64,000 bases of DNA, from contig OZ241329.1 of the NCBI GenBank assembly GCA_965199825.1, positions 1,312,001-1,376,000 of the forward strand, written 5' to 3'. This DNA comes from Bdellovibrionales bacterium. GTDB lineage: Bacteria > Bdellovibrionota > Bdellovibrionia > Bdellovibrionales > UBA1609. The notes under the pieces are model-generated. The model had not been told where the DNA came from and made no database searches. It was given only the letters and a program-made list of their open reading frames with translations. Shown here piece after piece: positions 30,080 through 38,562 of the stretch. How positions within the stretch are numbered: position 1 is the first letter of the stretch; each line of letters starts with the position of its first letter. Made by a program: the position numbers and the translations under genes.

Positions 30080-31606
30080 CTAAAAGTCGAAGCCAAGCCT
30101 TATTTCAAAATTTGAAATAAAAAGGGATTGTCTTCCATCGAGTGGAGATTGATTTGTTGGGGCATAGCTAAAATTATAATCATGCCACTGCGCATACCAA
30201 TAAGTTCCAAGGCGAAGATGCTCAGTGAGTTGATAAATTCCACCAACAGAGCCATCAAAAGCGATTTTAGGAGTGATTTTAAAATTTGCACCGTCACTCG
30301 CCGAAGAGCTTACAGGTAATTGATAACGCGCCAACCACTCAAATTTCAAGGAAGGTGTAATGTTGTAAGTCTGCTCAACCCCAAGGGTTGCCATATTGAT
30401 AACATTGGATTTGATTTCGACATTTGCAGTGGATGTATTTAAAAACATAAATGGAACAGAGTGGTGTTGAATCCCTAAACGATAATTGGTGAGCGATTCG
30501 CTTGAAGTTTTATAAAGCACCTCACCACCAAGAGTTTTCCAACGATATTTTCCGCCAAGAACATTCAGATTGTCTGAAGATTGAACTTGGCCTGGCGCAT
30601 CCCGGTAAGTCAAATCGACACCCCAGTTTTCGCCCTGAAATCCTGAGCGCATCACAACACTTGGTCCATTGATATTTTGATATTTCACATTGCCCGCGAT
30701 CGAAGGAATCGATTGCTCATAACTTTGAAAACTCATTCCACTACCAAGCCAAAACCAAAATTGTTTGGCTAATTTCTTGGGCTCTGTGATTTCGACTGCT
30801 GTTACGGGTGGTGGAGGAGGCGGTTGTACGACTGGTTCGACAACTTCGACTTGTGCCGGCATTCGCTTTGGAGCTTTGTAAATAGGCTCGATTTTGACTT
30901 GTTTGATTTCGGGTTGCTCAATTATCGGTGGAGCTTCGACAATTACAGGTTGTTCCACAACAGGTGGTGGGGGCGCTGCCGCCATAATTTCGGGTTCGGC
31001 AGGTTTTGCTTCGGTGATAATATCTTTGGTTACAACTACCACCTGATTTTCTTTGATCTCGACAATCTGACCCTGTTTTTCAACATTGATATGGCCAGTG
31101 ACCACGGTGATATTAAGCTCACCCGCAGGAGCCTGATGAACTTCGACTTGGGTGTCGGAGTCTGAGCTTTTGAGATCAAGATCTTTTCCGTCATGCTGAA
31201 TCTTTAGATGAAACTGTTTTTTGATGCGGCCAAAAAATCCACCGAGTTTTAGATTTAAAACCGAATTGGATTGTTCATTGCCAATCACGATCATGCTGTT
31301 GGCATTCATTGAGAGCGAAACGCCGCTATCCAAATCAATTTCTGCTTTCGAATTTTCACCAGTAAAAATATGATCGCGATTAAAAACTTTGTCTTGGTTA
31401 GGAATTTGGCTCCACGACAATTCACTATCACTGCGCCGTCTCACATCGTTCACATGACTTGTCAGTTTACCAACCGCCATCGTTTTTTGAAATGTAGGAT
31501 TAGCAGAAAATGGATCCATCACCATCACATAAGCCACTGCAGCGATTCCAAAAAGAGCGGTCGCCAGAATCCATTTTTCGAGATGTTTTTTTAAATGAGT
31601 GATCAC
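30080..31606 (-). CDS. FecR-like N-domain, Pro-rich linker and C-terminal outer-membrane beta-barrel protein
   Basis: N-terminal hydrophobic segment, VFNRDHIFTGENSKAEI (FecR-like), PPPP linker, amphipathic strands ending EIRLGFDF. Confidence 0.75.
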   Translation of the reverse strand: MITHLKKHLEKWILATALFGIAAVAYVMVMDPFSANPTFQKTMAVGKLTSHVNDVRRRSDSELSWSQIPNQDKVFNRDHIFTGENSKAEIDLDSGVSLSMNANSMIVIGNEQSNSVLNLKLGGFFGRIKKQFHLKIQHDGKDLDLKSSDSDTQVEVHQAPAGELNITVVTGHINVEKQGQIVEIKENQVVVVTKDIITEAKPAEPEIMAAAPPPPVVEQPVIVEAPPIIEQPEIKQVKIEPIYKAPKRMPAQVEVVEPVVQPPPPPPVTAVEITEPKKLAKQFWFWLGSGMSFQSYEQSIPSIAGNVKYQNINGPSVVMRSGFQGENWGVDLTYRDAPGQVQSSDNLNVLGGKYRWKTLGGEVLYKTSSESLTNYRLGIQHHSVPFMFLNTSTANVEIKSNVINMATLGVEQTYNITPSLKFEWLARYQLPVSSSASDGANFKITPKIAFDGSVGGIYQLTEHLRLGTYWYAQWHDYNFSYAPTNQSPLDGRQSLFISNFEIRLGFDF

Positions 31607-31718
31607 ATCTTACTTTTCGGCTAAAGGCCGATGGGCTGAAGCGTTGAGGGCAATTTAAATACCTTAGTCCAGGTGGTGCGGCTCGCTTCCTAGACCCTAA
31701 CATGATAGGATCAAAATT

Positions 31719-32105
31719 ATGAGTTTTTTGATGATCGGTTTCCTAAGCTTAAATGTTTTGGCCCAACAATTTGCTGATGTTGGATTTCAAGGAAATGACG
31801 ATTACATCGGAATCGAAATCACCGAAAAAGACTTCTATAAATTTACTTTATGCAGCACTCGACTTTCGCGTTGCAGCCTGATGAGCGACTGCGAGTTTGG
31901 TGAGCCAGCCCTGCTGGCTTCGCTGGATGCGATTGGTGATTTAGATATCAAAAATTTATTTTTATCCCACCAAAGCGCTTACGCAAAAAATAAAATTGAG
32001 CGAGTTTATCCACAAATCGCTAGGCTTCTGATTCAAACCCGGCCTGAGTGTTCCGTGACCGAAATCAAACAGGTGCGGGCGTTGTTACATCCCGAGCGGG
32101 GCTAG
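31719..32105 (+). CDS. Hypothetical secreted protein
   Basis: 128-aa ORF, signal-like N-terminus (NVLA|QQ), 4 Cys. Confidence 0.65.
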   Translation: MSFLMIGFLSLNVLAQQFADVGFQGNDDYIGIEITEKDFYKFTLCSTRLSRCSLMSDCEFGEPALLASLDAIGDLDIKNLFLSHQSAYAKNKIERVYPQIARLLIQTRPECSVTEIKQVRALLHPERG

Positions 32106-32498
32106 TGCGAGCAATAAAAGTCGCATCGTCCACAAAGCGGTTCGCACCCAATTGGCAAAAACAAGCGAGCGAATCAGATGCGGTTCATTGGTTTGGCTCA
32201 GCTGATTGTGGTAAGGAACAAGAATAAAAAAGGTGCTGGCCCAAATCAAAATGATTAGGCCAAAATTAATCAGATAAACAAAATTAAGTTGGTACGCGAG
32301 CGCGCCAGCGGTCAAAAGTTCTACAACCATCACAGGCAAGACCACATAAGTGATCCGTCGAGTATGAAAATTATGAAATTCTTTAAATTGGTCGAGCGCC
32401 ACGAACTCAAATGCCGGGTAGTGCACCAGTTGAATGGTCCAAATCAATCCGACCATGTAGGTGCAACACATCAAGTGGATCATAAATACAGTCGTCAT
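32085..32498 (-). CDS. Conserved four-helix membrane protein
   Basis: GLIWTIQLVHYP, F..FH..H, VPYHNQL, L...NWVRT; RBS GGAG upstream. Confidence 0.8.
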   Translation of the reverse strand: MTTVFMIHLMCCTYMVGLIWTIQLVHYPAFEFVALDQFKEFHNFHTRRITYVVLPVMVVELLTAGALAYQLNFVYLINFGLIILIWASTFFILVPYHNQLSQTNEPHLIRSLVFANWVRTALWTMRLLLLALAPLGM

Positions 32499-32526
32499 AG
32501 GTTCTCCGGTGTTATAACTTTAAGCA

Positions 32527-32874
32527 ATGAAAACAAAAATCTTTGTCGATGGAAACTGCATTGTTTGTGATTTCGAAATTTCTCATTACAAGCGCAAAGC
32601 GCCTGATTTTTTTGAAATCGTAGATATTTCAGATGCGGCATTTGACGCCAAAAAGTTTGGACTGACTGCAGAGGCCGTAAATAAAAATATGCACGTGCAA
32701 ACTCCAACTGGCGAAATGAAAATTGGGGTAGATGCTTTCGCATTTATCTGGAGTTGTTTACCCCAATACCGCATTGCCAGTAAAATCATCATGCTGCCGG
32801 TGATCCACAGTTTAGCCAAAGTGGGCTACGCCATTTTCGCAGCGATCCGACCCTGGCTGCCCAAGAAAACTTAA
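32527..32874 (+). CDS. DCC1-like thiol-disulfide oxidoreductase (DUF393)
   Basis: DxxCxxC motif (VDGNCIVC), MHV...GVDAF..IW, Y..FA..R. Confidence 0.9.
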   Translation: MKTKIFVDGNCIVCDFEISHYKRKAPDFFEIVDISDAAFDAKKFGLTAEAVNKNMHVQTPTGEMKIGVDAFAFIWSCLPQYRIASKIIMLPVIHSLAKVGYAIFAAIRPWLPKKT

Positions 32875-33692
32875 TGTGTTCGATGGTGGGCACGATGATG
32901 TCCCGAACAAAAAAGCGTAAGGTTGTCTTCGCTATCGCTGCCCCCTCTAGATTTGGGAATGACATGATGAATATCAAGATGGCGGCGAACAGGACAACGC
33001 TCCCCATTTTGGTTGATATGTGTGCATTGGCTGTTGTGTTTATGATGAATTTTTCTTTTTAAAGTGAGAGTCAATTTTGTCGTGCCCTCTGGTTTTTCTC
33101 GGACGGGTTTTTTAAGTGGATCCAATTTTCGATTGAGCTCTTGAATGGCGGCAACTTGTGTCTCGCCAATACTTGCTGAGCGTTTTAATTTTTGGCTCAA
33201 CAGATCTCTGGTTCTTTCAAACACCGCATATTCTTCTTGAGTAACCGAAAACGAAATCGAGACTCTAAGAGCTTCGCCTGCTCTCTGATATCGTACCCGG
33301 TCAGGAATTGCTTTCTCAGGTTGAACCTTGGCGATTTCTTTTTCAAGATTGCGTTTGGTTCCCTTGGCAAGATCCATCCAGTGCTGAACATTTTCTTTGT
33401 TGATGACCGCGGTAATCCGATTGACTTTTGACAATGAAAGTTCACCGCTTTGCATTCCCAATTTGAGTTCGGGTAGTTCTGTGAATTTCTTGGCAATTTT
33501 ATTTACGATGCTTGCCATCTCTTCTGATAGTTTGAGGTGTTGGATTGAATATTCGAACAACGAACCACAGCCAAATTCATAATAAGTTTTATTTTTCCAA
33601 ACAATTTCCAAGGCGTTGAGTAATTCCATTTCGGATTTGCGATGAGCGTCAGCCGCCTTCACCGCACTCGCATGAATTTTTAAATGATCCAT
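32871..33692 (-). CDS. HNH endonuclease with a DUF222-like N-terminal region
   Basis: C-terminal CTH...RC...LDIHHVIPKSRGGSDSEDNLTLFCSGHH; N-terminal GCGSLFEY...LKLSE...GELSLSK. Confidence 0.9.
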   Translation of the reverse strand: MDHLKIHASAVKAADAHRKSEMELLNALEIVWKNKTYYEFGCGSLFEYSIQHLKLSEEMASIVNKIAKKFTELPELKLGMQSGELSLSKVNRITAVINKENVQHWMDLAKGTKRNLEKEIAKVQPEKAIPDRVRYQRAGEALRVSISFSVTQEEYAVFERTRDLLSQKLKRSASIGETQVAAIQELNRKLDPLKKPVREKPEGTTKLTLTLKRKIHHKHNSQCTHINQNGERCPVRRHLDIHHVIPKSRGGSDSEDNLTLFCSGHHRAHHRTH

Positions 33693-33698
33693 AAATAT

Positions 33699-33740
33699 CT
33701 CCTATTTACAGCAGTGTATCATGGGTTTTGTGAGATGCAT
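33699..33740 (-). promoter_or_regulatory. Extended -10 promoter and RBS of the HNH gene
   Basis: Minus strand ...cccaTGaTACACTgctgtaaatAGGAGatatttATG. Confidence 0.5.
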
Positions 33741-33914
33741 TTTTGAACTTGGCAGAGTCAACCCTACATCACTTGTTTATGGCGAGTTTGTTGGCCAGCA
33801 GCGTGTTTCCTGTCAGTACCGCAAAAGTAAAAATCTTTTTTCCTTTTTTAAGGCGGCTGTGGCCAAAGAATTGCTAAAAAAACGAGTCAACTAAAAACAT
33901 ATTTTAATTTATCG

Positions 33915-34228
33915 AAACTGGGCACGATACAAATTTTTCGAGACCGAGTGGGCACGACAGCAGGCCCCTTTTTCTAAACCAAACTGGGCACGACCTCAAC
34001 CAAGCGGGCACGACAGCCCTCAAAATAATCGGCACGAGCATACGCACGACACAATAATTTTTAAAGATCGAGCGGGCACGAGACAAGGCTCTTTGTTCCA
34101 AACCAACCGGCACGACACCAAAACAATACGGGCACGACAACCCACAAAACCCAGCGCACGAGAGAAGAATTTCTGCCAACCCAAAGCGGGCACGACACAA
34201 CAGTCTGCCCAAACAAAGCGGGCACGAT
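33915..34228 (+). repeat. Irregularly spaced array of 12 (G/C)GCACGA motifs with unique A/C-rich spacers
   Basis: Core starts at 33921, 33951, 33987, 34007, 34031, 34043, 34075, 34109, 34131, 34155, 34189 and 34221, all in the same orientation. Confidence 0.9.
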
Positions 34229-34321
34229 CTACCTTCGTTCATAGCCATCACCGACCAAAAACCACCCAACATACCAACTCAAACCTATCCCAAACCCTCA
34301 ATCCATGCTACAACCTCAACC

Positions 34322-34627
34322 ATGAGTATTGCCAACACCTTCAAGTCCAAAATTGACGAACTTTCTCTCGACGACAAAGATAGACTTGTTCGAATGGGAT
34401 GGGAAGATCGCACAACCTTTGATGCGATAGAAAAACAATTTGGGTTTACACCGAATGATTTTGTGCGCTTTATGCGCACTCAACTTGACCCTAAGGCCTA
34501 TGATCGCTGGCGCAGACGAGCCAATGAGCAAGGACATCTGAAACATGAAAAAACTCGTGGATTTAAAACCACCAGATTCAAATGTTCTCGCCAATCGGTT
34601 GATGGAGTAACAAAGGGTTGGAAGTAA
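34322..34627 (+). CDS. TIGR03643 / DUF2805 family protein
   Basis: DRLVRMGWEDRTTFDAIEKQFG...MR..L....Y.RWRRR. Confidence 0.85.
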   Translation: MSIANTFKSKIDELSLDDKDRLVRMGWEDRTTFDAIEKQFGFTPNDFVRFMRTQLDPKAYDRWRRRANEQGHLKHEKTRGFKTTRFKCSRQSVDGVTKGWK

Positions 34628-35199
34628 AATCTTTGCTGCCCAAAGACGGCGAAGCTTTGTATTACCCCCACTTTTTTTCGCCCGAAGAAAGTCAAAATTT
34701 CTATCAAATTTTAATGTCCGAAATCTTGTGGAAACAAGAACCCATCAAGATTTTTGGCAAACTCATCATGCAGCCGCGCCTCACCGCATGGTACGGCGAT
34801 CCGACAAAAACTTATCGCTACTCCGGGATCGAGATGACGCCACAACCTTGGACGTCCACCTTAGAAATAATCAAATCCAAAATCGAAAAAGTCAGCGCAG
34901 TCAATTTCACCAGTGTTCTCTTAAATCAGTATCGCAACCAGACCGACAGTATGGGATGGCATCGCGACAACGAAAAAGAACTTGGGAAAAATCCGACAAT
35001 TGGCTCGGTCAGTTTTGGTGCGCCAAGAACTTTTAGATTTCGTCACTATCATGATCATAAAATCAAAACCGAAATCGAGCTCGAAAACGGAAGTTTTTTG
35101 CTGATGCGCGGAGCTTCACAAAATCTTTGGGAGCACTCGGTGCCTAAACGTTCTAAAGTTTTAGACACAAGAATTAATCTGACATTTCGAAAACTCTAG
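34618..35199 (+). CDS. AlkB-family 2OG-Fe(II) dioxygenase (ALKBH2/3-like)
   Basis: QPRLTAWYG, LLNQYR, HxD in WHRDNE, WEHSVPK, RINLTFR; TTG start. Confidence 0.93.
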   Translation: MEVKSLLPKDGEALYYPHFFSPEESQNFYQILMSEILWKQEPIKIFGKLIMQPRLTAWYGDPTKTYRYSGIEMTPQPWTSTLEIIKSKIEKVSAVNFTSVLLNQYRNQTDSMGWHRDNEKELGKNPTIGSVSFGAPRTFRFRHYHDHKIKTEIELENGSFLLMRGASQNLWEHSVPKRSKVLDTRINLTFRKL

Positions 35200-35208
35200 G
35201 GGGAAATC

Positions 35209-35904
35209 ATGACGGTCACACTGATCACTGGGGCGAATAAAGGCTTAGGCTATGAAACGGCTCGGCGCTTAATTGCCAAAGGACAAAAGGTTTATATCGG
35301 CGCACGCGACCAAGAACGTGGAACAAAAGCGGCCAAAGATTTGGGTGCTCAATTTATTCAGATCGATGTCTGCAATGACGAGTCGGTAAAAAAAGCGGCA
35401 CAACAAATCGAAAAGCTTGAAGGCCATTTGGATGTGTTGATCAACAACGCAGGGGTTGCGGGCGGCTTTATGAAAGCCGAAGAGGTCTCTGCCGAAGTGA
35501 TGATCAAAACTTTTGACACCAATGTTTTTGGAATCGTTCGCACCACTCAAGCTTTTTTAAACTTACTTCGTAAGTCTAAGTCTCCAGTCATTGTGAATGT
35601 GAGCAGTGGACTTGGATCCTTTGGAGTCGCATTTGATAAATCGCTTTATGAATCGAGCATCATCAATGTGCACTACAACTCATCAAAAGCCGCTGTGAAT
35701 ATGTTGACTGTGCAATACTCAAAAGCATTTCCTGATATTCGAATCAATGCGGTTGATCCTGGCTATACCGCAACCGATCTCAATAATCACGGCGGACCCC
35801 AAACCGTGAGCGAAGGTACCGATGCAATAGTCCAGATGGCGTTAATCGGTAACGATGGCCCCACCGGGACGTATATTAATCGACATGGTGCGCTTCCGTG
35901 GTAA
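35209..35904 (+). CDS. Short-chain dehydrogenase/reductase
   Basis: TGANKGLG, NNAG, YNSSK (YxxxK), DPGYTATDLN. Confidence 0.95.
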   Translation: MTVTLITGANKGLGYETARRLIAKGQKVYIGARDQERGTKAAKDLGAQFIQIDVCNDESVKKAAQQIEKLEGHLDVLINNAGVAGGFMKAEEVSAEVMIKTFDTNVFGIVRTTQAFLNLLRKSKSPVIVNVSSGLGSFGVAFDKSLYESSIINVHYNSSKAAVNMLTVQYSKAFPDIRINAVDPGYTATDLNNHGGPQTVSEGTDAIVQMALIGNDGPTGTYINRHGALPW

Positions 35905-36496
35905 AGCGAAGTTGGGCGATCAATCCGGCTCGCCCCTCTTGAGTGGCACGCAATTTTGCTTCAAAAAGATCGAGTAAGATTTTTTTTATTGCGTCGCCCT
36001 CGATTGCGCCAAGAGCATGGGCAATCGCCTCGAGGGTGGAGAGTCCATTTTCAAAATGTTCTTTACGCAAAGGATTTTTTATTTGTGGAGCTCTGACTTT
36101 GATGTGTCTGACATCTTTGAGCTCGGGCAGACGATAAAACGCCTTGCTCGCTTGACGCCAATTTCCATCACTCACAATCAGTTGCACTGGCTTTTCAAAC
36201 TTTAAGGATGCGATGTCGGTTGCGGTGTCTGAAGGATAAAGAATCAAAGGCTCATAGCCCTCTGCAAGCACAGACCCCATCGGGGAATTTTGTAAACCCC
36301 GAATATGCATCGTTGAATTTTTGAGGGCATGCACCGCGAGTTGGCCGGTGTTGGTGGTGCGCTTCATTTCTTTATGATGAATAATCAAGGTGAGGCGAGT
36401 TTTTAAACTCAATTGAGGAATTTGACTGCAGATGCAGCGCAAAGAATGCATCAAACATTTCGGGCATGGATCTTTAGTTTTTCTTTTTCTATCCAT
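35876..36496 (-). CDS. DTW-domain tRNA-uridine aminocarboxypropyltransferase (TapT-like)
   Basis: CxxC...CIC, HHKE..RTTNTG, DGNW (variant of DxTW), LSTLEA; start may instead be 36511. Confidence 0.88.
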   Translation of the reverse strand: MDRKRKTKDPCPKCLMHSLRCICSQIPQLSLKTRLTLIIHHKEMKRTTNTGQLAVHALKNSTMHIRGLQNSPMGSVLAEGYEPLILYPSDTATDIASLKFEKPVQLIVSDGNWRQASKAFYRLPELKDVRHIKVRAPQIKNPLRKEHFENGLSTLEAIAHALGAIEGDAIKKILLDLFEAKLRATQEGRAGLIAQLRFTTEAHHVD

Positions 36497-37214
36497 TATA
36501 ACCAAGCCCATTCATCACCAATTTTAAATCTTCTGCGAGGGGCGCCTTGATCAACACTGGCGCTCGAGTAATAGGATGGTTAAATCCAATCTCGGTGCAG
36601 GCGAGCAGCAGGCGCTGAACCCCAAAGGTTTTTAAAAAAAAGCGATTGTGTTTTCCGCTGCCATAGTTGACATCGCCAATGATCGGATGGCCCAGATGCC
36701 TCAGGTGTCGGCGGATCTGATGTTTTCTTCCTGTTTTTGGAATCGCTTCAACAACCGAGTAGCGCGAAGTGGGATATCTATCGACCATCTCTTGAAATTC
36801 AAAACTGCAAAGAGTTTTGAAATCAGTTTCTGCTTGTTGGGCCTCTTTGTTTTTTAGGGCGCGCTTGTCAGAGAGTTTGTCTAATTCTTCTTTTAAGGGG
36901 TGAGAGATTGTCCCGCTCAAAGGAGGTATTCCGCGCACAACGCATAAATATTTTTTGGTTATTCGAGAGGCAGCAAAATCTTCTGACAGTGTGCGGGCCA
37001 CAGCGGACGATAACCCAAACACCAATGCTCCAGACGTTGGTCGGTCCAGGCGATGGACAGGATAAACGTGTTGTCCAATCTGATCGCGCAGCATTTGCAC
37101 AGCGAATTCGGTGGCGTGATGATCGATGGCACTGCGGTGAACCAAGAGCCCAGAGAATTTATTCACAACCACCAAATGAGAATCTTGAAACAGAATCGGC
37201 AACATTTTCGGCAT
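36489..37214 (-). CDS. truC: tRNA pseudouridine synthase TruC-like (RluA family)
   Basis: VVNKFSGLLVHRS...QMLRDQIGQHVYPVHRLDRPTSG, RYPTSRYS, TGRKHQIRRH, HPIIGD. Confidence 0.88.
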   Translation of the reverse strand: MPKMLPILFQDSHLVVVNKFSGLLVHRSAIDHHATEFAVQMLRDQIGQHVYPVHRLDRPTSGALVFGLSSAVARTLSEDFAASRITKKYLCVVRGIPPLSGTISHPLKEELDKLSDKRALKNKEAQQAETDFKTLCSFEFQEMVDRYPTSRYSVVEAIPKTGRKHQIRRHLRHLGHPIIGDVNYGSGKHNRFFLKTFGVQRLLLACTEIGFNHPITRAPVLIKAPLAEDLKLVMNGLGYNG

Positions 37215-37316
37215 TGTTTTTCATTCTTTATTAGAGGTCAAACCTCAAGCCGAAGATTTTCATTTAAGTCGCAAAATTCATCTGAAGGTTGAAAGTTTTT
37301 TTAAATCTCGCTCAAA

Positions 37317-37328
37317 TAGTTGCAACTA
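37317..37328. promoter_or_regulatory. Perfect palindrome TAGTTGCAACTA, possible operator of the efflux operon
   Basis: 12-bp perfect inverted repeat directly upstream of the RBS (AAGGAG) of the gene at 37342. Confidence 0.4.
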
Positions 37329-37341
37329 AGGAGCGGCATCT

Positions 37342-38562
37342 ATGATTTTTATTTGGTCTTTACTTGTTTTGTTTTCTTGGGCAAGCGAGTGCGAAAATTG
37401 TTTTAATGTGGAAGATCTGATCAAGCTCTCGCTTGAAAAATCACAGGAAATTCAGGCAAGCGATGCCGCAACAGAATCATTAAAGTATCGCGCCAAAAAT
37501 GCGGGGCTTTGGGAAAATCCAAAGCTTTTTTACGGTCAAGGGGAACGCTCAGAAGTGCAGCAAAGCAAAAGTCGGGTGGCTGAGTTTGGTGTGGAACAAA
37601 ATATTCCTCTTTGGGGTCAAAAATCTGCGGCCCGCCGAGCAGCAGAGGGTGAATTCAAAGCTTCGGTCTACAAAAAACTCAATACCAAACAAAAAGTTGT
37701 TTATGAGGTCTCGCGGCTTTCGTTCGAGGCTGCAAGCCTAATTGAAGAGCGCGAATATATGAGTGAGCGCCGAAAGCGCTTGCAGCTGATACGGCAATAT
37801 CTCAAAAGCCGAACATTTAAAGCACCAAGTAAAATCACCGAAGCTCTTTTACTTCGTAACCGCTTGACCATTATCGAAACCGAGTACGAACATGTCGAAC
37901 TCAATCTTAAAGAGACCTTAGAGCACCTCAATATCTTTACAAAGCTCCCGACACCTCCACAGCCTAAGGTGGAATGGCTTGAATCTCTTCCACCCCCTCC
38001 GGATGCTGCAACTTTTTTTTCCAAAGCCACAACCAATCTTCAGGTGCAAAGTTTAAAGAGCACGATCGATGCGGCTCAAGGTGAATTGTCGGTGGCTAAA
38101 AAAAGTCAGCTGCCCGAAATCAATTTAGGTTTTTCTGGATTTAAAGAATCTGCGGGTGCCGAAGAAAATTACAACAAGATAACCCTTGGCCTCACCATTC
38201 CGATTGGTGGACTTATTGGTGACAATATTCAAAGTGCCAAATCAAGAATCAACGAGAGCGAAGCACTTTACCGTTTGGCCCAAGACGAATCGAAGGCTGA
38301 GATTGCAAAAGCTCTTTTAAGAATCGATGAGGCGCGCAAACGGATGGAGCGCTTTCCACTTTCGATCCGCAAAGAATTAGAACAAGAACTCTCGCAAACA
38401 GAAGTCGAATATAAACGGGGACTAATTGAAACCTTGTTGTTTATCGAGCTTGAAAATCAAACTCATGAACAAATAAAAAATATTTATTCTGCTCAAAATG
38501 ATTTTATGCGTGAGATGTCTTATCTCACATTTATCACAAAGGATGGTCAACATGTTGAATAA
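37342..38562 (+). CDS. TolC/CzcC-like outer-membrane efflux protein
   Basis: Signal-like start, twofold helical repeat, ENPKL, EQNIPLWG, LPEINLG, GLTIPI, YKRG; directly upstream of an RND pump. Confidence 0.82.
   Translation: MIFIWSLLVLFSWASECENCFNVEDLIKLSLEKSQEIQASDAATESLKYRAKNAGLWENPKLFYGQGERSEVQQSKSRVAEFGVEQNIPLWGQKSAARRAAEGEFKASVYKKLNTKQKVVYEVSRLSFEAASLIEEREYMSERRKRLQLIRQYLKSRTFKAPSKITEALLLRNRLTIIETEYEHVELNLKETLEHLNIFTKLPTPPQPKVEWLESLPPPPDAATFFSKATTNLQVQSLKSTIDAAQGELSVAKKSQLPEINLGFSGFKESAGAEENYNKITLGLTIPIGGLIGDNIQSAKSRINESEALYRLAQDESKAEIAKALLRIDEARKRMERFPLSIRKELEQELSQTEVEYKRGLIETLLFIELENQTHEQIKNIYSAQNDFMREMSYLTFITKDGQHVE

Noticed and set aside
31614..31640. Further sigma28-like -10 boxes (GCCGAAAA at 31614-31621; TCCGATAA at 53710-53717, minus strand)
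   Set aside because: Poor -35 matches and only 7 nt from the start codons; too weak to call
33915..34228. CRISPR array
   Set aside because: Repeat only 7-9 nt, period varies from 12 to 36 nt, no cas genes
33904..34356. ORFs 33904-34272 (-) and 34093-34356 (+)
   Set aside because: They translate the repeat array, with biased composition and no recognisable domain
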